From positions 32,001-96,000 of IMG/VR virus record IMGVR_UViG_3300025127_006147: DNA of 64,000 bases, one strand, 5' to 3'. The notes under the pieces were generated by a model that worked only from the letters and a program-made list of their open reading frames with translations, was not told the origin of the DNA and searched no databases. Numbering within the stretch: position 1 is the stretch's first letter; each line of letters starts with the position of its first letter. Shown here one piece after another: positions 56,164-64,000 of the stretch. The stretch is from a virus. Position numbers and translations under genes: made by a program.

Positions 56164-59100
56164 TGGCTGGAATTTATAACAATAATAATAGTCCTATACC
56201 TGGTAATGGAGCTGACTTTTTTGGAGACAAATTAGTAGGTAACCAATTCGTAGACGGGTCTTCACAATTTACATTAGGTAATTTTGAAATTAAAAGTAAT
56301 GTAAATCAAAAAGATTCTAGAAGTTTTAGTTTAGGTAACTTTTCAGAACCCATATCCCTAGAAACACTTAACATTAAAAGTTCTGAAGAGGCAAAAATTT
56401 TAGCTTCGAATCGATTAGAAGTTTTTATTAATTATAGTAGAAGTAAAATCACTAATTTTACTTTATACGGTTCTTTAAGAGAACGATTAAAAGTAGCCGT
56501 TAATAATGTTATAAAACAATTTCCAGCAGCTCTTGTTTTTAAGAAAATAAGAGATTGGTCTGACTATAATAGTGGTAATACTGCTACAAATATTAGTTTT
56601 AACGCTAGTACGAATAAAACAAATATAAGTTTACACTTATATAATGTTTTTAACCCATTTAGTATTGAATATACTCAGGTAGGTAATCTTTATACTGATG
56701 AAAACATTTCCTCTTTAAGAAATTTAAGTATAGAATATAAAAAATATTCTTTATATTATAAGAATGTAGAATATCCCCTTACATTTTTAACACCAACTAC
56801 AGGTAATACTAGTATCGGAAATTTAAATATTGTGGTTGAGGGAAATCCTTTTAGTGGGGCCTCAGTGACTACAGATTCTTTTTATGTTAAACCAAACACT
56901 CTAACAACTGAAGAAGTGTTTGATAAAATGGAAGACGTGGAGAAGTATCTGGTAGAAAGAACCACCAATCCTTTATATACTGCCACATTTGACCAACCTA
57001 GAGAAACAAGTACTGGTAAAATTGTTAAATCTAGTGTGTCTGTAACTTGGCCATCTACTGATAATTGGAACTTAATAATAAACGGTGGTTTATTTGAGTC
57101 TTACCTAGCTAAATTATATGATATCGCTGACACCTACGACTCCTATAAAACAAATTTAGTTTCCAGATTTTTAACTACTGCTGCATTAAAAGAGTTTGAC
57201 ACTTATGATGAAAAAGTAGATAAAATATTAAAAATATATGGTAGAAGTTTTGATGAGATTAAAAAATATATAGATGGGTTAGCTTATATGGCAAATACCA
57301 CTTATGATGGGATAAACAATATACCTAACGAATTATTAAAGAATTTTGCACAAACTTTAGGGTGGGGCACTCCTTCCGCTATAAAAAGTGAAGGTTTCTT
57401 GGATACTATATTTAAAAGGAGTACTGCTGTTGAGTATGGGGGACTTGCACAAAATCAAACACCTACTGAACTTAACTATGAATTATATAGAAGATTATTA
57501 GCTAATACCGCTTACCTATTTAAATCTAAAGGTACAAGAAGAGGTATTGAGTTTATGTTAAGATTTGTGGGTGCACCAGAAGCACTTATAGAATTTAATG
57601 AACATGTTTATGTTGCTGGTCAACCACTAAACATGAGAGAATTTAGAAATTACGAATTAAAAATATCAGGAGGGACTTACACAGAAGAAGTTCCAGTTTT
57701 AAATACTTATTTTTCAGCTGCCACAAATAATACATTCCCAGCGGTCGTAATCACAGGATACACATTTGGTTACGAAACTATAACTAAGTCAACAAATATA
57801 ATACCTGAAGTATTACCCGTAGATAAAGACGGTTACCCGACAGTCCCAAGATATGGGGCAGATTCTTATTTCCAATCAGGAGCTGGTTGGTTTGAAGAAA
57901 CTACCGAACATCAAGGTAAAAAAGTTATAGATTATGAGAATTCTGTTTTTACTGGTAATACTCCTTTTGTTCGTACAAAACTAAATCAATTTTCTTACGG
58001 AGAACCATACTTGGAATTATATAGAAAATTCCCTGATTCTAAATTAGGATTCCCAATAGTAAGAACCGTAGATAATAAAAAATCTTGGGTAAGAAAAAAC
58101 TCATATCAACAAAGATATTTAAATTTACCAGATAGAGGTACAAATTACCAAACACAAAACGATAAATTAGTAATCAACGTTAAAAACGTTGATATATTTC
58201 TTAATATAGGGCAAGGTCTCGAATGGGATGTGTGGAATTTTTCTAAAAAGTATAGTTGTCCTTTTGGTCCTAACGCTTTAGGTTCTCCATACCCAGGAGT
58301 TGGTGGACCTGATTGGACTGAAATAATTGCAGATGCATCTAAACTTTCTTTCTTCGAATTTGCTCAAAAATTCTGGACTGTTTTAATTAACGTTAAAAAT
58401 AGACAAACTATAGACGATGGACATGCTGGAGGTTACCCAACACTTTTAAGTATATATTTAGATTATTTAAAAAGTGACCAAACCTGTGGTATACCTAGTA
58501 ACAAGTATACGTATGAAAAAATGATTGCCTATGTAGAAAACATGGGAGATTATTGGGTAAGATTATTGGAACAATTAGTTCCTTCTACAACAATTTGGCA
58601 GGGAGGTATTAAATATGAAAACTCCATATTCCATCGATACAAATACGCTTATAAACACGAACCTCTTTGTGATGATTTAGAATGTTTTGGGTCTTTTGTA
58701 CATTGTTGTTATCCTATCGCTAATGATATTTTAGTGGACGCTACCTTAGAATGTGGGGGACTCGCTTTTTCAGGTGCTACTTGGCAAAATAAAATTACTT
58801 TAGGTGGGACGGTATATACTGGTAACACTTATTATAGTAGTACAACTATTACTGATATACCTAGTACTGATATATGGTTAGATGATATGGTTGAAATACT
58901 TAGTGGTATTACCACAAATGTAACGGACCCTAATCACACCCTTTCGTATTATTTAATTAATGATAACAATACACCTACAGGTCTTCAGATAGACCAACCT
59001 AACTGTATTGTTATTCAGGGACCTTGTGGAACTGGACAAGAAGTATGTGATTGTCCTCCAGGGTACGAATATGACGCGGTAAGTGAATTATGTTTGGCAT

Positions 59101-62100
59101 ATACAGCAAGCACCACAACTACTGGTACCACTATTAATAAAGCAGCTGGAAATACTGGTTATAATCAATTTGGAGCACGGTTTTGTGTACCAGGTAGTTA
59201 CACCACTTGTGGAAGTGGAGCACCAGCCTCTAATTTTAAGGTAATTGGAGGTGCTAGTAATCCTTTTTGGGATGCTAATTCAACTAATACACAAGGTAGA
59301 TTAAATAATGTGGGGGTAAATAATGCTGATATGTTAACGAGTGACCATTTCTTTGGTTTCTCTAGATGTATAGATGTACCAGAGAAAGGAGAATATTTAT
59401 TTGCTCTCGCAGGAGATGATGAAATACGTGCAAACCTTAATGGTGTTCAGATAGTTAACAATCCGTGGAACGGAACAATGAATGCTAACAATTTTAGATA
59501 TTGGTGGGTATGGCCTGTTACTTTAAATGCGGGTCAGAATACTCTAACATTGGAAGGAGCTAACGGATTTTCGGGTGGACCTGCTTCATTTGGTTGTGAA
59601 ATTGTTGGACCTTTTGCTGAGGGTACTTTTACTGTAAATACAGATTTTGATATATTCTCCGCTCAAACTGGTATAGATACTTACACCGCTAATACTATTT
59701 TTTCTAGTCTAAACGAAGTAGGAAATACATTTAATACTCAAACTAATGTCTGTCCTTCTGGGTACACATATGATGTGTGTACTGATTCGTGTGTAAAAAC
59801 TACTGAACCTGGATGTATTACATACCCCGATGGTGAAGATGTATGGAATTTTAATAGTGGCTCTGACCCACATTGTTTTAAATCTGAAATTTGTCTTACC
59901 CTACAAACCACGCAAGTAAATCCAGTTCCTAATGGTACGGATATCTGGGCATTTTATGATACTACTTCCACTGGTGCCGATATGGCAAATGCAGCAAAAA
60001 CTTCACTAGATAGTTGGGTGTCTAGTTTAGGTAGTTCTTTTACTGGTAACACTTACCATATCCCCGTGGGTGGTGAAAGATGGTTAAGTTGGGCATCGTC
60101 ACCTATAAGTGGAGGAACTCTACCTATAACCAATACTTACGGAGCTGGTTTTAATGTTTTACCGTCAGGGATGGTAGGAAATACCGTTCCAGTTGGAGTT
60201 AGTCCAAATGTCCTCTCAATATATTTTATTGATGAAAGTAGACCCGTCTATCACGATTATCCTTCACTAAATTCATGTAATTACTATGCACCGTCAGGTA
60301 ATATTGCTACAGATTGGTTAAATCAACCAACAGTGACTTATAGTGGTGACTTTAATACTTTTATGTCAGCATTTAATGCTTACGACGACTTTAAAGGATT
60401 TATATATCCAGTAGTTAAAGACGCTAATGCAAGTAGATTACCTTTCCCATTACATGTTTATGGAGCTTTAGAAACTTCTATTGTCGCTATCAGTGATTTA
60501 ATTGAGAACCCTACAGTTACTGCGGCGGGAGGTACTTTGTCCGCAATTACTATAACCAATCCATACACTGGTTTAACAGGAACTAATAATAATACTGCTT
60601 ATACGGGACCAGGATTGAAAAACTTTGGTTTTGGTGCAAACTATACTTTAGGTACTGATAGTTGTAATGGTTTAATTTGCTCGGACCCAGGATTCCAATC
60701 ATCATGTTTAACTAGTGACGCTAGTAGATTCTTTGACGGAACCTTCCAACAGGACCTATTTGCCTTCTTACAAGGAAGTAGTGATGTCACATTAATAGAT
60801 TGTGAAATTTGTATACCTGTGTGTTATGGAGAGGGAACAGAAACCCAAGAATGGAGTAAAAGTAAACTTTATAATTATGGTGATATAGTATTATGGCAAG
60901 GACAATTATGGGTGTGGTTAGGGTTTGACAACACCTATACTAATAGACCAGACGTTTCAAAAGCTTGGTCTTTACGTGGAGCAGCAGATTGTATTCCATT
61001 TTTAGGGGGTAATGATTTTAGACCACATGATGACTGTGATGATTTTACTGTTATACCTGAAAACCCAGAAGTAACTGGTACAACAATTACCACTAATCCT
61101 GAAATATTTAAAGAATCTATATTTAATGTTGGTGGACAAGATTGTTTTGATTCCACATATAATCCTTGTGAAGAATTAACAGACCCTTGTGGGTGTTCTG
61201 CAACATTTGGACAGTTTGATGAAACTACTGTATTATTCGCAGTGGGAGATGTGGTATGTTGTCCAGGTGACCCAGATACACCACCGACTAAATGGATTAG
61301 AGTTATAGGAAGTAGTAACTGTGATAGTTTACAGTTATTTATACCAGCTCTCTGTGGGCCCACACCACCACAAAGTAAATGTTGGAGATTATGTGAACCA
61401 GAAACAGAAGGAGAAGGTGCAACTTCTGGTGGTTTTTGGGGTAAAGAAACTGTTAGAAGAAGAAGACCTTCATTAATATCAAATTCACCTACTGACCCTT
61501 GTGACCCAAGTTATGAAAATCCTACTGACCCTTGTGATTGTCAAGGTATTGGATTTAGAAATGTAGATTTAGATTTTTATTTATTGAATAGTATTGTTGG
61601 TGTTCCAGATTCTATAATGGAATTTTTTATGGAGGAAGACGCTATTGACCCAACTAACTGGACACAACCAATCAATAGTATTACCACTGACCCAAAAGTA
61701 TACAAAGCACAAATAAATGCGTGTTGTCTAGGAGATAAATTTACCCATTATTTTAGGGTGTATCATAGAACTGGTAATATACCTACAGACCCTTCACAGA
61801 TAACTTACGGTGAGTATGAAATTGATTTTGACATGAATCAGAATTGTAATATAGAATTTTACCATGTTGAAGCTGGTGATACAGTTAAAATGTTCATGCA
61901 CATCCCATCAGACACACTTACGAACAACGCTACTATTAGTATAATTGATAATCCATTACTTGGTATTCCATACCTAACCCAAAATTTAGGCGCGAGTAAC
62001 TACTTCAATAACACTAATGGTAATGGATTACAAAGTTTAACATTCCAAATAGGAAAAATAGACACCACTTCGAATATACACCAATTTTTCAAAGTAGATG

Positions 62101-64000
62101 ATAGTAACTATTTGACAGATAATGGGACAAACTCAACTAATGAAGAAACTAATGATATTTTTGATAGATATTGGGCTCTAGACCCATTTTTAGGTGGACA
62201 ACCATTATATGGTGCTTTAACTCCAATCGAATTATTAAATATAAGTGGAAACCATGGTGACAGTCCAGGATTTTTAGGTATTGGAAGTTACAGATTTAAC
62301 TGGGAAATGGAATTATCTTGTGAAGGTCAACAAACTTTAGAACTTTCATTTACACTTAACTCATTTAGTCCTTTACCTAGTGGTGGAGCTGGAAGTATAA
62401 ATAAAGAACCAGGTGCGGTTATAGGAACACCACTTCAACCAGGTGTTGGAGGAAGTGTAGGTAAAGCACCAAGTATCGGAGGAAGTAGTCAATTAATAGG
62501 AGCAGCTACAACTCAACCCGTAGTTATTAGTAAACCATCTATTCAAGTACCATTTACTAAAAATGTATGTGGAACTGACATGTCTTCACCTATTATAAAT
62601 CAAAATGAAAGTGCAAATGGTAAGGTAGAATCTATATCCCGTATTCAAACCAGTGGAAATTTAACTGATATTCCAGTAGCTAAATCATTAACTGATGTTA
62701 ATAGTGATATAAATATAAAAAACTATACAATTACTAATAGTGAAATGTACATTGTAAGTAATTTTAATCCTTTAAAAAATAATAGAGTTGTTGAATATAA
62801 CTCCCCTGTATTAAGTAGAAATTTAAAAAATGGGTTAACATATGGAACTTTCACAGAAAATGGTAGAGAAAGAGCTAAACTATCTTGGTTAGATAATTTT
62901 ACTAAAAACGGTAAAACCAAAATAAATATTGAATTTGTTAGTGACGAAAATAAAAAACGTTTCGAACAAGATTTAAAACTTAAAAATGTTGGACAAGGAG
63001 TGGAGTTTTTACCAGGTAGAAATAAAAGTAATACCACTATCACTGAAACAGTAGGTAAAACCCAATTTATAGATTTAAGAGATTGGGCAACAAGAAGTTT
63101 AGGGGATGTAAAAGACTTTTCAAATTCTAGTATAGTATACGGTAACGATGGATTATTAAAAAGATTTGAAATAGGACCTACCTTTACAACAGAAATAGCT
63201 AACTCACAATATAAAATAGGTACCGCACCAATAGGTGACCCACATACGGAGTTTATAATTTCCACTATGGGGTCACTAGAAGATTACTTATCTTATCAAA
63301 CTGGTACCACATCTAGTGCTCTTACCATTACATTGACTGGGGTAAGTACTTTATATTCTGGTTATACTAATTTAAGTGGGTACACAGATAATGAAGGGTT
63401 AAACCTTAGTCCAGATTTTGTTTTCGATTTATCTTTAAATGAAAATAACATATCCTACACTACTGGTGTACCATTTTCTGACCCTACATTCTCCGAAAGA
63501 AGAGAAGTGTCGGGAGTAATATCTAGAGACTTTAAATTACTTGGTGATGAAAGACGATTACGACCAGTAATCCCTATGAAAACTTTAAGTGAAGATAATC
63601 AATTATTCTTCCTACCACGAGAAGAAGTGTCTACATCTGGAGATTATTTCTATTATAAGGTACCTAAAACCCAAAACTATCGATTACAATATAAAAGTTG
63701 TATTTATTTTGATTATTTTGATGAAGGGTGGTGTACATATTTAGATACATTTAGAAGACAAACTAATAATCTTTTCCCTGTAAATGATTATGATTTTATA
63801 CAATTAATAAACTCTAGTATAGTGTATGTTGGTGGAGAATTAAGTGCACCATACCAATACAACGAAGGAAATATAATTAATGACGCTTATAGTAGATTGG
63901 GTGTAACAGGTACTAGTATGTCACCTATTTTTGGATATAATGCTGGGAATGGTATTAAAGATTTTAAGGTTAATGTTTACATAGAAAGACTATTATCTGG
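56163..64000 (+). CDS. 3'-truncated giant baseplate wedge (gp7-like) / adhesin-fibre protein, >2600 aa (not in ORF track)
   Basis: ATG at 56163 (MAGIYNNNNSPIPGNGADFFG...). Spot translation stays in frame at 57483 (YRRLLANTAYLFKSKGTRRGIEF, wedge YxxKGT motif), 59046, 59340, 59940, 60849 and the window end (DFKVNVYIERLLS). The ORF track reports no stop-terminated ORF here. Confidence 0.85.
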   Translation, partial: MAGIYNNNNSPIPGNGADFFGDKLVGNQFVDGSSQFTLGNFEIKSNVNQKDSRSFSLGNFSEPISLETLNIKSSEEAKILASNRLEVFINYSRSKITNFTLYGSLRERLKVAVNNVIKQFPAALVFKKIRDWSDYNSGNTATNISFNASTNKTNISLHLYNVFNPFSIEYTQVGNLYTDENISSLRNLSIEYKKYSLYYKNVEYPLTFLTPTTGNTSIGNLNIVVEGNPFSGASVTTDSFYVKPNTLTTEEVFDKMEDVEKYLVERTTNPLYTATFDQPRETSTGKIVKSSVSVTWPSTDNWNLIINGGLFESYLAKLYDIADTYDSYKTNLVSRFLTTAALKEFDTYDEKVDKILKIYGRSFDEIKKYIDGLAYMANTTYDGINNIPNELLKNFAQTLGWGTPSAIKSEGFLDTIFKRSTAVEYGGLAQNQTPTELNYELYRRLLANTAYLFKSKGTRRGIEFMLRFVGAPEALIEFNEHVYVAGQPLNMREFRNYELKISGGTYTEEVPVLNTYFSAATNNTFPAVVITGYTFGYETITKSTNIIPEVLPVDKDGYPTVPRYGADSYFQSGAGWFEETTEHQGKKVIDYENSVFTGNTPFVRTKLNQFSYGEPYLELYRKFPDSKLGFPIVRTVDNKKSWVRKNSYQQRYLNLPDRGTNYQTQNDKLVINVKNVDIFLNIGQGLEWDVWNFSKKYSCPFGPNALGSPYPGVGGPDWTEIIADASKLSFFEFAQKFWTVLINVKNRQTIDDGHAGGYPTLLSIYLDYLKSDQTCGIPSNKYTYEKMIAYVENMGDYWVRLLEQLVPSTTIWQGGIKYENSIFHRYKYAYKHEPLCDDLECFGSFVHCCYPIANDILVDATLECGGLAFSGATWQNKITLGGTVYTGNTYYSSTTITDIPSTDIWLDDMVEILSGITTNVTDPNHTLSYYLINDNNTPTGLQIDQPNCIVIQGPCGTGQEVCDCPPGYEYDAVSELCLAYTASTTTTGTTINKAAGNTGYNQFGARFCVPGSYTTCGSGAPASNFKVIGGASNPFWDANSTNTQGRLNNVGVNNADMLTSDHFFGFSRCIDVPEKGEYLFALAGDDEIRANLNGVQIVNNPWNGTMNANNFRYWWVWPVTLNAGQNTLTLEGANGFSGGPASFGCEIVGPFAEGTFTVNTDFDIFSAQTGIDTYTANTIFSSLNEVGNTFNTQTNVCPSGYTYDVCTDSCVKTTEPGCITYPDGEDVWNFNSGSDPHCFKSEICLTLQTTQVNPVPNGTDIWAFYDTTSTGADMANAAKTSLDSWVSSLGSSFTGNTYHIPVGGERWLSWASSPISGGTLPITNTYGAGFNVLPSGMVGNTVPVGVSPNVLSIYFIDESRPVYHDYPSLNSCNYYAPSGNIATDWLNQPTVTYSGDFNTFMSAFNAYDDFKGFIYPVVKDANASRLPFPLHVYGALETSIVAISDLIENPTVTAAGGTLSAITITNPYTGLTGTNNNTAYTGPGLKNFGFGANYTLGTDSCNGLICSDPGFQSSCLTSDASRFFDGTFQQDLFAFLQGSSDVTLIDCEICIPVCYGEGTETQEWSKSKLYNYGDIVLWQGQLWVWLGFDNTYTNRPDVSKAWSLRGAADCIPFLGGNDFRPHDDCDDFTVIPENPEVTGTTITTNPEIFKESIFNVGGQDCFDSTYNPCEELTDPCGCSATFGQFDETTVLFAVGDVVCCPGDPDTPPTKWIRVIGSSNCDSLQLFIPALCGPTPPQSKCWRLCEPETEGEGATSGGFWGKETVRRRRPSLISNSPTDPCDPSYENPTDPCDCQGIGFRNVDLDFYLLNSIVGVPDSIMEFFMEEDAIDPTNWTQPINSITTDPKVYKAQINACCLGDKFTHYFRVYHRTGNIPTDPSQITYGEYEIDFDMNQNCNIEFYHVEAGDTVKMFMHIPSDTLTNNATISIIDNPLLGIPYLTQNLGASNYFNNTNGNGLQSLTFQIGKIDTTSNIHQFFKVDDSNYLTDNGTNSTNEETNDIFDRYWALDPFLGGQPLYGALTPIELLNISGNHGDSPGFLGIGSYRFNWEMELSCEGQQTLELSFTLNSFSPLPSGGAGSINKEPGAVIGTPLQPGVGGSVGKAPSIGGSSQLIGAATTQPVVISKPSIQVPFTKNVCGTDMSSPIINQNESANGKVESISRIQTSGNLTDIPVAKSLTDVNSDINIKNYTITNSEMYIVSNFNPLKNNRVVEYNSPVLSRNLKNGLTYGTFTENGRERAKLSWLDNFTKNGKTKINIEFVSDENKKRFEQDLKLKNVGQGVEFLPGRNKSNTTITETVGKTQFIDLRDWATRSLGDVKDFSNSSIVYGNDGLLKRFEIGPTFTTEIANSQYKIGTAPIGDPHTEFIISTMGSLEDYLSYQTGTTSSALTITLTGVSTLYSGYTNLSGYTDNEGLNLSPDFVFDLSLNENNISYTTGVPFSDPTFSERREVSGVISRDFKLLGDERRLRPVIPMKTLSEDNQLFFLPREEVSTSGDYFYYKVPKTQNYRLQYKSCIYFDYFDEGWCTYLDTFRRQTNNLFPVNDYDFIQLINSSIVYVGGELSAPYQYNEGNIINDAYSRLGVTGTSMSPIFGYNAGNGIKDFKVNVYIERLLS

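Noticed and set aside
56164-60900. Apparent 4.7-kb ORF-free gap in the track, suggesting ncRNA or stop-codon recoding
   Set aside because: Explained by a long open frame lacking a stop in the window; TAG and TAA end genes normally elsewhere, so there is no sign of an alternative code.
62723-63265. 180-aa minus-strand ORF (also 60935-61363)
   Set aside because: Antisense to the open giant plus-strand ORF that starts at 56163.

Overview
AT-rich 64-kb segment of a large T4-like (contractile-tailed, probably jumbo) bacteriophage in the standard genetic code. The host is probably Bacteroidota/Flavobacteria: three TTTG-N19/20-TAnnTTTG promoters, A-rich non-Shine-Dalgarno leaders and a flavobacterial-looking DeoC. 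Gene order: C-terminus of a probable DNA polymerase; S74-chaperone protein, neck protein and SNF2 helicase (minus strand); head-tail connector, tail terminator, tail sheath; an accessory block between sheath and tube (acidic 649-aa protein, small early genes, HAD, zeta-like kinase, DeoC, nucleoside 2-deoxyribosyltransferase/DNPH1-like hydrolase, second HAD); tail tube; Mom-like DNA modification enzyme; tail chaperone pair with a candidate +1 frameshift; tape measure; large hub proteins (OmpA-like and amidase domains); a replication block (gp32-like SSB, UvsX, FKBP, 5'-3' exonuclease, DnaB, NrdB, NrdA); and baseplate/fibre genes. These end in a >2600-codon ORF (56163 to window end) absent from the supplied ORF track. 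Best leads: (1) a late-expressed deoxynucleotide-catabolising cassette whose enzymes carry shared N-terminal leaders resembling capsid-targeting peptides; (2) a UUU_CGU-type +1 frameshift in the tail chaperone; (3) a HiPIP-like 4-Cys module in a baseplate-cluster protein; (4) a strand-specific TATTTAT(A/T) promoter candidate. No tRNA, rRNA, CRISPR array, intron, intein or IS element was seen. All family assignments come from motif recognition by eye, not database searches.
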